The position numbers and the translations under genes were made by a program. Of a DNA stretch of 64,000 nt, positions 14,951 through 23,965 are shown one piece after another (position 1 is the stretch's first letter; each line of letters begins with the position of its first letter). Under the pieces are notes generated by a model, which was given only the letters and a program-made list of their open reading frames with translations, ran no database searches and had not been told where the DNA came from. The stretch is taken from assembly GCF_002854065.1 (NCBI RefSeq), contig NZ_CP024147.1; one strand, 5' to 3'. This DNA comes from Escherichia coli (lineage in GTDB: Bacteria > Pseudomonadota > Gammaproteobacteria > Enterobacterales > Enterobacteriaceae).

Positions 14951-14961
14951 TGTCGCAGTAA

Positions 14962-16302
14962 TTAACTCAACAGCTGGAACGCAATCATCCCAACGATGGC
15001 ACCGACAGTGCCGAGGATGGTTTCCATCATGGTCCAGGTTTTCAGCGTTTCGGCTTCGGTCGCGCCGGTAAATTTACCGAACAACCAGAAACCAGCGTCG
15101 TTAACGTGGCTGACAACAATCGAACCACCGGCGATACAAATCGACAGCGCCGCCATTTGCGCACCGGAGTAGTTCAGTTGTTCAATAACCGGCATCACCA
15201 GTCCCACCGCCGTTAAACAGGCAACGGTTGCAGAACCCTGAATGATGCGCACTGCAGCGGCCAGCACGAAGCAGGTGATGGCAATCGGCAGGCCCATGCC
15301 GGTTAACGCTTCGCCCAGTGCCGGACCTACGCCAGAGTCAACCAGCACCTGTTTGAACACGCCGCCCGCACCAATCACCAGCAGAATGATCCCCGCCGGT
15401 TGCAGCGCGTGACCGCAAATATCCATCACTTTGTCTTTTGGCATGCCCTGACGCATTGCCAGGCCATAAATCGCTACCAGACAAGCAACCAGAATCGCGG
15501 TAAACGGATGACCAATAAACTCGAACCATTCGTAAGCGGTAGAGCCTTCCGGCACAAAACGCGCGGCAATGGTTTTCAGCCCCACCAGCACCAGCGGCAG
15601 CAGGATCAGCGACAGGCTGAATCCGAAGGACGGCATTTTGCCTTCGCCGAGATGCGGCTCGCTGATGTCGTCAGGAATATGCAGCTCAACGTAACGGCTG
15701 ATGAAGTTACCCCACAGCGGCCCGGCAATAATCATTCCCGGAATTGCCGCACACAGGCCAATCAGGATCATCCAGCCAAAATCGGCGTTCATCTGCGATG
15801 CCAGCAGCATTGGCGCTGGCCCAGGCACCAGGAACGCCGCCGCGGCCGCCACGCCTGCGAATAATGGGATTACCAGCTTCACCAGGTTCGTACCGGTGTG
15901 GCGCGCCATTGAGAAAGCAACGCTAATCAGCAGAACAATCGCCACTTCAAAGAACAGCGGTAGCGCACAGACCAGCCCCGCAAGGCCGATGGCATAATGC
16001 GCGCGGCTGTGACCGAAGGATTTGAGCATTTTGACGGCAATCTGATCGACTGCGCCGGTTTCATGTAAGATCTTGCCAAACATAGCTCCCAGGGCGACAA
16101 CCACCGCCAGGAAGCCGAGGGTGCCTCCCATCCCTTTTTCCATCGTCGCTGCGATTTTATCGAGCGGCATACCGGAAAAAAGGCCAGCCCCCATGGACAC
16201 CACCATTAAAGCCAGGAAAGCGTGCATACGCGCCTTCATGACTAAAAACAGCAGCAGTAAAACAGACCCTACTGCTGTTAAAACAAGCGTTAATGTAGTC
16301 AC
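14962..16302 (-). CDS. gntU: low-affinity gluconate permease (GntP family)
   Basis: 446-aa polytopic ORF MTTLTLVLTAVGSVLLLLFLVMKARM... Confidence 0.94.
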   Translation of the reverse strand: MTTLTLVLTAVGSVLLLLFLVMKARMHAFLALMVVSMGAGLFSGMPLDKIAATMEKGMGGTLGFLAVVVALGAMFGKILHETGAVDQIAVKMLKSFGHSRAHYAIGLAGLVCALPLFFEVAIVLLISVAFSMARHTGTNLVKLVIPLFAGVAAAAAFLVPGPAPMLLASQMNADFGWMILIGLCAAIPGMIIAGPLWGNFISRYVELHIPDDISEPHLGEGKMPSFGFSLSLILLPLVLVGLKTIAARFVPEGSTAYEWFEFIGHPFTAILVACLVAIYGLAMRQGMPKDKVMDICGHALQPAGIILLVIGAGGVFKQVLVDSGVGPALGEALTGMGLPIAITCFVLAAAVRIIQGSATVACLTAVGLVMPVIEQLNYSGAQMAALSICIAGGSIVVSHVNDAGFWLFGKFTGATEAETLKTWTMMETILGTVGAIVGMIAFQLLS

Positions 16303-16305
16303 TAC

Positions 16306-16833
16306 TTATTTGCCTTTTTTAATAACCTCAATGGTGCTTGCCACAACACCTTCCAGCGGTTGATCGATATCCACCACCAGTACATCGGTTTCGTCCGCAC
16401 CCGGCTCCTGCAGCGTTTCAAACTGCGTCACCAACATTTGGGTTTTAAAGAAATGGCCTTTGCGCGCTTTCAGGCGGCTTTCAATCACATCAAAATCGCC
16501 TTTCAGGTAGATGAAAGAGAGATTCGGATTACCTTCACGCAGCAAGTCGCGATAGTGTTTTTTCAATGCAGAACAGACGATCAGTGACACTTTATTAGTG
16601 CGCTGCATAGCAAACGCGGCGTCGTTCAGCGCCTGCAACCACGGTTTGCGATCGTCGTCATTCAGCGGTTCGCCAGACGCCATTTTTTCGATATTGCGCC
16701 GTGGATGGAGGAAATCGCCATCAAGAAACGCGGCATGAAGTTGATGCGCCACTTCACTGGCGACCGCAGATTTGCCGCTGCCCGATACGCCCATCAAGAC
16801 GTAAATGTGGTGATCATGGTTAGTCGTGCTCAA
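16306..16833 (-). CDS. gntK: gluconokinase (thermoresistant)
   Basis: ORF 16306..16854; P-loop GVSGSGKS; start placed at TTG 16831-16833 giving MSTTNHDHHIYVLMG; exact start uncertain. Confidence 0.88.
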   Translation of the reverse strand: MSTTNHDHHIYVLMGVSGSGKSAVASEVAHQLHAAFLDGDFLHPRRNIEKMASGEPLNDDDRKPWLQALNDAAFAMQRTNKVSLIVCSALKKHYRDLLREGNPNLSFIYLKGDFDVIESRLKARKGHFFKTQMLVTQFETLQEPGADETDVLVVDIDQPLEGVVASTIEVIKKGK

Positions 16834-16864
16834 AGTGGTGCCCCCACAATACAAGAATTAAAAA

Positions 16865-16893
16865 ATGTTACGGGTAACTGTTATCGGTAACAT
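16865..16893. promoter_or_regulatory. GntR operator-like dyad in the gntK promoter region
   Basis: atgttacgggtaactgttatcggtaacat, two ATGTTAC-N-GTAACAT-like half-site pairs upstream of gntK. Confidence 0.5.
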
Positions 16894-16972
16894 TCTCCGG
16901 CCGGACAATATCAGAAGCAATATCCATCCGTGCCTTAAGTGTATAAGTGTGAGCTACTTCAAATTTGTGGGC

Positions 16973-17968
16973 TTAAATAGATCCGCCCGGTGACAAGGTG
17001 AAACCTAAATCTAACATTTTCGGTGTCACAGATTCGCCACGAATACGCGCCAGAAGGCGTTCAGCGCCAATACTGCCCATCCGCTCACGCGGCGTCAGCA
17101 CGCTCGCAAGTCGTGGCTCCATCACCTGACCAATGTCATGACCGTGGAAACCGGCAATCGCCATATCGTCAGGAACTTTTAACCCCAGACGCTGACATTC
17201 AAACGCCGCGCCGACCGCCAGATCATCATTAGTACAGAACACGCCATCCAGCTGCGGATATTCCCGCCGCGCCTGGCGAATCAGTTCAATACCGGAAGAG
17301 TAAGAAGAAGATTGCTCAACCATCACGCTATACGGCACCAGGCCTGCATCCAGCATCGCCTGTTCGTATCCCTTCTGTTTGATGATAGTACGTTCGTCGA
17401 GACGTGCGCCGAGATAGGCAATATGGCGATGCCCGCGAGCAATAATGGCGGTGGTCATCTGGCGTGCCGCTTCAAAGTTATCAAAACCGACGGCGATATC
17501 GAGGCACGGCGACTTGCTGTCCATCAGTTCCACCACGGGAATACCCGCCACTTCAATCATCTTTAAGGTGCGCGGCGTGTGCGTACGTTCAGTGAGGATC
17601 AGGCCGTCGATATTCCAGGAGAGCATGGATTCGAGGCGTTCTTGCTCCATTTCCGGTTTATAACCGTAGTGGGCCAGCATGGTCTGATAACCGTGCGCGT
17701 CGGTGACGCTTTCGATTCCGCGTAATACTTCCGCGAAAACCTGGTTGGTGAGAGAAGGTAACAGGACGCCAATCGCCCGGCTGGTGGCGTTAGAGAGGAT
17801 ATCGGGCGCACGATTGGGAATATAGCCCAGTTCATCAAGAGCCGCGGCAATCTTGCCGCGTAGAGCGACGGAAACCTGCTCCGGGTTGCGTAAAAAACGG
17901 CTGACCGTCATTTTGGTCACGCCTACACGGTCAGCCACATCCTGAAGTACGGGTCTTTTCTTTTTCAT
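16973..17968 (-). CDS. gntR: LacI-family gluconate repressor
   Basis: 331-aa ORF MKKKRPVLQDVADRVGVTKMTVSRFL... (HTH N-terminus, periplasmic-binding-like fold). Confidence 0.94.
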   Translation of the reverse strand: MKKKRPVLQDVADRVGVTKMTVSRFLRNPEQVSVALRGKIAAALDELGYIPNRAPDILSNATSRAIGVLLPSLTNQVFAEVLRGIESVTDAHGYQTMLAHYGYKPEMEQERLESMLSWNIDGLILTERTHTPRTLKMIEVAGIPVVELMDSKSPCLDIAVGFDNFEAARQMTTAIIARGHRHIAYLGARLDERTIIKQKGYEQAMLDAGLVPYSVMVEQSSSYSSGIELIRQARREYPQLDGVFCTNDDLAVGAAFECQRLGLKVPDDMAIAGFHGHDIGQVMEPRLASVLTPRERMGSIGAERLLARIRGESVTPKMLDLGFTLSPGGSI

Positions 17969-18191
17969 CGTCCTGAAGGTACAAAAGAGATAGATTCTCT
18001 TAGTTTAACACGGACGCATCAGAACCTTCCCGGGGAAAACAGTGCTTGTTTACAATTATTAGATATACACTAAATCAATTGCATCGCATTGTGCTAACGA
18101 CGCGGCAAAACCCCGGAAGCGTACATCAGCACGCGACCGGAGCGAGCGAGGAAGCCTGCAAAAAGGCAGGCTTCAAAGATGCCGTTGAGTT

Positions 18192-18887
18192 TTAAACCGG
18201 CGGCAGATCGAACAGTAACACTTCGCTGTCGCTATCCGCATGGATGGAGATTGCCTGCTCATCCCAGATTGCCAGACCATCGCTGGTCGAGGCTTTCACG
18301 CCGTTAATGGTGACATTGCCTTTCACCACCTGGATCCAGACGCGGCGTTCAGCGGCAATCTGATGCACCGACTGCTCATCTTTCAGCAACGCCCAGCGGT
18401 ACAGTTCCATATCCTGATGCACTTTCAATGAGCCATCTCGCGCATCCGGCGAGAGCACCAGCTGTTTGCCCTGTACGGCATCGAAGCGACGCTGTTCATA
18501 ACGCGGCGTAATACCGTTTTCTTCAGGCATGATCCAGATCTGATACAGATGCAGACGCTCGGTGCTGCTTGGGTTGTACTCTGAGTGACGAATACCCGTA
18601 CCAGCACTCATAATCTGGAACTCACCCGCCGGAACCTGCTCTTTATTGCCCATGCTGTCCTGGTGCTCAACAGTACCTTCCAGCACGTAGGTCAAAATTT
18701 CCATATCTTTATGCGGGTGAGTGCCGAAGCCCTGCCCTGCTTCAATCACGTCGTCGTTAATCACGCGCAGCGCGGAGAAGCCCATAAAGTTCGGATCGTA
18801 ATAGTTGGCAAAAGAGAAAGTATGCCAGGAGTCCAGCCAGCCATGATTTGCATGACCACGTTCATTTGCTTTGCGTAAGTAGATCAT
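18192..18887 (-). CDS. yhhW: pirin-like cupin (quercetin 2,3-dioxygenase family)
   Basis: 231-aa ORF with cupin His motif GFGTHPHKDMEILTYVLEG. Confidence 0.9.
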   Translation of the reverse strand: MIYLRKANERGHANHGWLDSWHTFSFANYYDPNFMGFSALRVINDDVIEAGQGFGTHPHKDMEILTYVLEGTVEHQDSMGNKEQVPAGEFQIMSAGTGIRHSEYNPSSTERLHLYQIWIMPEENGITPRYEQRRFDAVQGKQLVLSPDARDGSLKVHQDMELYRWALLKDEQSVHQIAAERRVWIQVVKGNVTINGVKASTSDGLAIWDEQAISIHADSDSEVLLFDLPPV

Positions 18888-19009
18888 TTGTATTCGCCCC
18901 CTGAATGATTTCGATGGGCTTAGTGTGGACCCGATCTGCCTGGGATGATAGAGGGTGAAAATTGCCCCCTCTGTTCAAAAAAATTGAACTATTAGAGGGG
19001 CCATCAAAC

Positions 19010-20047
19010 TTACTTCGCGAGAGTCACTGTGGAGGGAGAGGCTTGCTCGAATCCGCGTTCAAGGATTTCCAGATTGGTAAGAACTTCAGATTCCTTGACG
19101 TAATTTGGCGCACCGTGGGTGATGGTTTGATACAACGCATCATAAACGCGCCCGTAATCGCCCATCTCCGGCTTCATCTCTTCTCTGACCGTCACGCCCT
19201 CGTCATTGACATACTCCAGCACACCGACCGAATCATCCGCTGCGAATCCCGGTTCGCCCGGCATAATATTAGCCTTCAGGCTGGTTTCCTGCTGGTCGAT
19301 ACCGTATTTAATAAACGAACCTTTCTTACCGTGAACGATAAATTTCGGATAATCGATTTTCACCAGATGGCTGGTTTTGACGATGGCTTTTAGATCGCCA
19401 TAAAACAGTTGCGCTTCGAAAGTATCGTCAGGATTGGCTTTAATGCGCAGGCTGCGGATGTCATAAGCGACGTGATCCGGGCGACCGAACAGAGAAATAA
19501 TCTGGTCCATCGTATGCACACCAAGGCCATAGAACGCGCCATCCTGCGGCAGCCCAGGTTTGGTTTCTGCCACCGGGCGGTAATAGTCAAAATGGCTTTC
19601 CACTTCGACAATCTCTCCCAGCTTGCCGCTTTCAATCGCTTTTTTCGCCGTCAGGAAGCAGGAATCAAAGCGACGATTCTGATATGGCGTGACGGTCAGC
19701 CCTTTGCTTTTCGCCAGTGCAAACAGCTCTTTCGCCTGCGCAAGTGTCGGAGTGAACGGTTTTTCGACCAGCACATTTTTCCCGGCTTCCAGCGCGCGCT
19801 TCGCGTACTCGAAGTGGCTGTCCGCATGGGTGCAGACAACAACCAGCTTAACATCGGGATCGTTTAGCACTTCGTTGAGATCGCTGGTGAAATGGATATG
19901 AGAGTAAATGGGAGCTTGTTCTTCCGGCTTTGCATGGCGGCGAAAAATATGCGCGACATGCCAGCTATCCTTGCGGTTAAGTACATACGGCAGATGGTAA
20001 CGGGTGGTGCTTTTGCCGAAGCCAATAAAGGCGCAGTTGATGACCAT
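19010..20047 (-). CDS. yhhX: Gfo/Idh/MocA-family oxidoreductase
   Basis: 345-aa ORF MVINCAFIGFGKSTTRYHLPYV... (N-terminal Rossmann). Confidence 0.9.
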   Translation of the reverse strand: MVINCAFIGFGKSTTRYHLPYVLNRKDSWHVAHIFRRHAKPEEQAPIYSHIHFTSDLNEVLNDPDVKLVVVCTHADSHFEYAKRALEAGKNVLVEKPFTPTLAQAKELFALAKSKGLTVTPYQNRRFDSCFLTAKKAIESGKLGEIVEVESHFDYYRPVAETKPGLPQDGAFYGLGVHTMDQIISLFGRPDHVAYDIRSLRIKANPDDTFEAQLFYGDLKAIVKTSHLVKIDYPKFIVHGKKGSFIKYGIDQQETSLKANIMPGEPGFAADDSVGVLEYVNDEGVTVREEMKPEMGDYGRVYDALYQTITHGAPNYVKESEVLTNLEILERGFEQASPSTVTLAK

Positions 20048-20169
20048 GATTTCGTCCTTTTTAAGGTGGTTATTTACACCTTAGCGCAAAGCGGACGTGG
20101 TTCCTACTGGAGTGCGCATAACGAACACAAGCACTTCCCGAGGATAAATTGAGAACGAAAGATCAAAAA

Positions 20170-20259
20170 AAAAGCCAGCACCCGGCTGGCTAAGTAATAC
20201 TGGAAGCAATGTGAGCAATGTCGTGCTTTCAGGTTCTCCGCGAGGGTCTTCCTGATCGC
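20170..20259 (-). ncRNA. ryhB: RyhB iron-sparing small RNA
   Basis: Reverse complement reads GCGATCAGGAAGACCCTCGCGGAGAACCTGAAAGCACGACATTGCTCACATTGCTTCCAGTATTACTTAGCCAGCCGGGTGCTGGCTTTT, ending in a terminator hairpin and U-run; lies in the yhhX-yhhY intergenic region. Confidence 0.9.
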
Positions 20260-20263
20260 GAGA

Positions 20264-20284
20264 CAATAATAATCATTCTCATTC
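20264..20284 (-). promoter_or_regulatory. Fur box overlapping the ryhB promoter
   Basis: Minus-strand gaatgagaatgattattattg resembles the GATAATGATAATCATTATC consensus, immediately upstream of the RyhB 5' end. Confidence 0.55.
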
Positions 20285-20380
20285 GCACTTGTCCAACACT
20301 TTTTGCAAAAAAATGCATTTGACTCGCATTCGAAAGTCAATGATGTTGAAAGGGACTTTTACCCCAAAGAGGACAAAGGA

Positions 20381-20869
20381 ATGAGTGAGATAGTGATACG
20401 CCATGCTGAAACGCGCGATTACGAGGCCATCAGGCAGATTCACGCCCAGCCGGAGGTGTATTGCAACACACTACAACTACCTCATCCTTCGGAAGGCTGG
20501 TGGCCAGAAAGATTGAAAGATCGCCAGGGTTTTAAACAACTGGTTGCCTGCATTGATGGCATCGTAGTGGGTCATCTTTTCATTGAGGCTTATCAAGGCC
20601 CACGCCGCAGTCATGTTGCAACTTTTGGTATCTGTGTTGACTCCCGCTGGCACAACCGCGGCATCGCCAGCGCCCTGATCCGCGAATTGATTGAAATGTG
20701 CGACAACTGGTTACGGATAGATCGTATTGAGTTGACGGTGTTTGCGGATAACGCCCCGGCAATCACAGTCTATAAAAAATTCGGATTTCACATAGAAGGC
20801 ACCGGCAAAAATTACGCTTTTCGTAATGGTGAATATGTCGATGCGTATTATATGGCGCGGGTGAAATAG
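20381..20869 (+). CDS. yhhY: GNAT-family N-acetyltransferase
   Basis: ORF 20303..20869; ATG at 20381 gives MSEIVIRHAETRDYEAIRQIH; GNAT acetyl-CoA motif region RGIASALI. Confidence 0.88.
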   Translation: MSEIVIRHAETRDYEAIRQIHAQPEVYCNTLQLPHPSEGWWPERLKDRQGFKQLVACIDGIVVGHLFIEAYQGPRRSHVATFGICVDSRWHNRGIASALIRELIEMCDNWLRIDRIELTVFADNAPAITVYKKFGFHIEGTGKNYAFRNGEYVDAYYMARVK

Positions 20870-20894
20870 AGAATTTGCAATCTAAGTTTGTCAT

Positions 20895-20925
20895 TTAAGC
20901 CCTCACCTACCGGGAGAGGGCTTAA
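20895..20925. terminator. hairpin between convergent yhhY and ggt
   Basis: Arms ttaagccctc (20895-20904) and gagggcttaa (20916-20925); no strong T-run. Confidence 0.4.
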
Positions 20926-20929
20926 GATA

Positions 20930-22675
20930 TTAATACCCCGCCGTTAAATCATCCACCGAGCGCGGGTCGGATGCGCCGTACAACTCACCGTCCGGCCCAA
21001 CCATAATGCTTTGTGTACTGCCCATCGCCTCTTTCAGCGCCACTTTCTGACCTTTTGCTTCCAGCAGCTTGAGCGTATCCGGGCTAAACCCTTTTTCGAC
21101 ACGCAGCTCGTCCGGCAACCACTGATGGTGGAAACGCGGCGCATTGGTCGCTTCGGCGACATTCATACCATAATCGATGCTATTCACCACCATTTGAAGC
21201 ACGGTGGTAATGATCCGGCTCCCGCCAGGGCTACCGGTGACCAGCCAGGTTTTACCGTCTTTCACCACAATGGTGGGTGACATCGATGACAGCGGGCGTT
21301 TGTTCGGCCCGACGGCGTTGGCATCACCGCCCACCAGCCCATAAATGTTCGGTACGCCCGGTTTGGCGGAGAAATCATCCATCTGGTTATTAAGCAGAAT
21401 ACCGCTCTCGCCCGCGACAATGCCCGTACCGAAGGTGGTGTTCAGCGTATAGGTCACCGCCACCGCGTTACCATCTTTATCCACCACTGAGTAATGGGTA
21501 GTTTGATTACTCTCATAAGGCGCAAGCTTACCAGGGCGAATCTCGCTGGACGGTTTCGCTTTATTGATATCGATTTGCTCGGCAATAGATTTGGCATAGG
21601 CTTTATTGGTCAGCGCCTGCCACGGGACTTTGACAAAATCCGGGTCGCCAAGATATTCCGAGCGGTCAGCGTAGGCATATTTCTCCGCTTCTGCCATGAT
21701 CTGCATCGCGTCGGCGCTGCCAAAACCGTATTTCTTCATATCGAAGTTTTCCAGAATATTGAGGATTTGTACGATATGGATCCCGCCGGAGGATGGCGGT
21801 GGCATGGAGTAAACCTGATACCCGCGATAATCGCCGCTTATCGGTGTGCGTTCGACTGCTTTATACGCCGCTAAATCTTCTTTAGTGATCAGGCCACCGT
21901 TTTTCTGCATCTCCTGGGCAATCTGTTCCGCTATCGTGCCTTTGTAGAATTCGTCCGGGCCGTTTTCGGCAATCATCTCCAGGTTCTTTGCCAGGTTCGC
22001 CTGCACCAGCTTGTCGCCCTTTTTCAGCGGCTCGCCCTCTTTCCAGAAGATAGCCTTGCTGTTTTCGTGATTCGGCAGCACTTCGCTCCCGTAGGTTTTG
22101 AGATCGTCAGCCAGCGCGTCGTTAACGATAAAACCATCGCGTGCCAGTTTAAACGCTGGCTGCACCACTTTGTTCAACGGCATTGTGCCGTATTTATCCA
22201 ACGCCAGCGAGAAACCAGCGACCGTACCGGGCGTGCCGGAAGCCAGATGCGAAGTGAGTGATTTTTTGCTGTCCGGGTTGCCCTGGTCATCGAGAAACAT
22301 ATCGCGGGTCGCTTTGGCGGGTGCCATTTCGCGGAAATCGATAGCGGTGGTATTGCCATTTTTCGAGCGGATCAGCATAAAACCACCACCGCCCAGATTC
22401 CCTGCCTGCGGATGCGTTACCGCCAGCGCGTAGCCCACAGCCACGGCGGCATCAACGGCATTCCCGCCCTCCTTGAGGATATCCACCCCCACCTGAGTGG
22501 CAGTAGCATCTACAGATGCCACCATCCCCTGTTTCGCGCGTACCGGATGAAAGACATCTTCCTCCACGCCGTAAGAAACAGGAGACGGCGCAGGTGGCGC
22601 GGCTACCGTACTAAAACAACTTCCTGAGAGCAGAGCAGCAATGGCCACCCGGCGTAAAAACGTCGGTTTTATCAT
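20930..22675 (-). CDS. ggt: gamma-glutamyltranspeptidase (periplasmic)
   Basis: ORF 20930..22702; ATG at 22673-22675 gives MIKPTFLRRVAIAALLSGSCFS (signal peptide). Confidence 0.94.
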   Translation of the reverse strand: MIKPTFLRRVAIAALLSGSCFSTVAAPPAPSPVSYGVEEDVFHPVRAKQGMVASVDATATQVGVDILKEGGNAVDAAVAVGYALAVTHPQAGNLGGGGFMLIRSKNGNTTAIDFREMAPAKATRDMFLDDQGNPDSKKSLTSHLASGTPGTVAGFSLALDKYGTMPLNKVVQPAFKLARDGFIVNDALADDLKTYGSEVLPNHENSKAIFWKEGEPLKKGDKLVQANLAKNLEMIAENGPDEFYKGTIAEQIAQEMQKNGGLITKEDLAAYKAVERTPISGDYRGYQVYSMPPPSSGGIHIVQILNILENFDMKKYGFGSADAMQIMAEAEKYAYADRSEYLGDPDFVKVPWQALTNKAYAKSIAEQIDINKAKPSSEIRPGKLAPYESNQTTHYSVVDKDGNAVAVTYTLNTTFGTGIVAGESGILLNNQMDDFSAKPGVPNIYGLVGGDANAVGPNKRPLSSMSPTIVVKDGKTWLVTGSPGGSRIITTVLQMVVNSIDYGMNVAEATNAPRFHHQWLPDELRVEKGFSPDTLKLLEAKGQKVALKEAMGSTQSIMVGPDGELYGASDPRSVDDLTAGY

Positions 22676-22794
22676 CGTTATTCTCCAGAGATTAAGGGGC
22701 AACCCCAGCTAAGCCTGGTATATAACTCTGAATTAATCCTGATGATTGCAGGAAAGGAGTAAACTTAAAGAATATCTTCAGAGGAGGATACGCG

Positions 22795-23235
22795 ATGAAA
22801 CGACTTCTGATTCTTACGGCACTCCTGCCGTTTTTCGGCTTTGCACAGCCCATTAATACTCTGAACAACCCTAACCAGCCGGGGTATCAGATCCCCAGTC
22901 AGCAGCGGATGCAAACCCAGATGCAGACTCAGCAAATCCAGCAAAAAGGGATGCTGAATCAGCAACTGAAAACGCAAACTCAGTTGCAACAACAGCATTT
23001 AGAAAACCAGATAAACAATAATTCTCAGCGGGTGTTGCAGTCACAGCCGGGGGAGCGAAATCCCGCCCGGCAGCAAATGCTGCCCAACACCAATGGCGGG
23101 ATGTTAAACAGCAACCGTAATCCGGATAGTTCGTTGAATCAGCAGCATATGTTGCCGGAGAGGAGAAACGGCGACATGCTGAATCAGCCCGGCACGCCGC
23201 AGCCTGATATACCGTTGAAAACTATTGGGCCGTAA
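22795..23235 (+). CDS. yhhA: secreted Q/N-rich low-complexity protein
   Basis: 146-aa [22 protein letters not shown]..., signal peptide then Gln-rich repeats; 3' end overlaps convergent ugpQ by 14 nt. Confidence 0.85.
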   Translation: MKRLLILTALLPFFGFAQPINTLNNPNQPGYQIPSQQRMQTQMQTQQIQQKGMLNQQLKTQTQLQQQHLENQINNNSQRVLQSQPGERNPARQQMLPNTNGGMLNSNRNPDSSLNQQHMLPERRNGDMLNQPGTPQPDIPLKTIGP

Positions 23236-23965
23236 AGTTCGGACCAATCACATCAATCGCATCGGTACAGATGCAATCCACGCCCCAGCGCAGCAACTCT
23301 GCCGCGCGCTGGGGTTTATTGACGGTATAAACCAGAATCCGTAATCCGGCGTCTTTCAACTGCATCACTCGCGCTTTATCGAGTAACTTATGATTGAGAT
23401 GAATAGAGACGCAGCCCAGCCGCGCGGTCAGTTCTCGCCAGTCGTCGCGCCACTCATCCAGCAACAAACCGCGCGGCAGTTCTGGTACTGCCTGTTGTGC
23501 GGCTTCTAAAGCATCAATCTCAAACGATGACAGTAGCGGCGGCGTCATACCGGCCCACAGCTCGCGTGCCGCCAGCGCCACCATTTTGCCCGTTAATGGC
23601 CCGGTGCCAGTGGTGGGTTTGATTTCGATATTCGCCATCATCCCATGTTCGCGACAGCGTTCCGCCACCTGCGAAAGCAACGGCAGCGGCTCACCTTTAA
23701 ACGCTTTGCCGTACCAACTGCCTGCATCCACACGTAGTAAATCCTGCCAGTTCAGTTCACCCGCGACGCCCCAGCCGTTGCTGGTACGTTCAAGATTGTC
23801 GTCATGGAGCAGAAAGATCTCGCCATCTTTCGATAACTTCGCGTCAAATTCGATCATCTTATGACCGTATTTTGCCCCGACGTCGGTTGCCGCCAGGGTG
23901 TTTTCCGGGGCCAGCTTACCGCCGCCACGATGTGCGACGATGCGGGGATAAGGCCAGTTACTCAT
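23222..23965 (-). CDS. ugpQ: cytoplasmic glycerophosphodiester phosphodiesterase
   Basis: 247-aa [29 protein letters not shown] (GDPD motif). Confidence 0.94.
   Translation of the reverse strand: MSNWPYPRIVAHRGGGKLAPENTLAATDVGAKYGHKMIEFDAKLSKDGEIFLLHDDNLERTSNGWGVAGELNWQDLLRVDAGSWYGKAFKGEPLPLLSQVAERCREHGMMANIEIKPTTGTGPLTGKMVALAARELWAGMTPPLLSSFEIDALEAAQQAVPELPRGLLLDEWRDDWRELTARLGCVSIHLNHKLLDKARVMQLKDAGLRILVYTVNKPQRAAELLRWGVDCICTDAIDVIGPNFTAQ

Noticed and set aside
18151-18174. Inverted repeat gaagcctgc-aaaaag-gcaggcttc downstream of yhhW
   Set aside because: Good stem but no U-run on either strand; too weak to call a terminator with confidence.
22795-23235. Gln/Asn-rich repetitive sequence resembling a tandem repeat
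   Set aside because: It is the coding sequence of the low-complexity secreted protein YhhA, not a non-coding repeat array.
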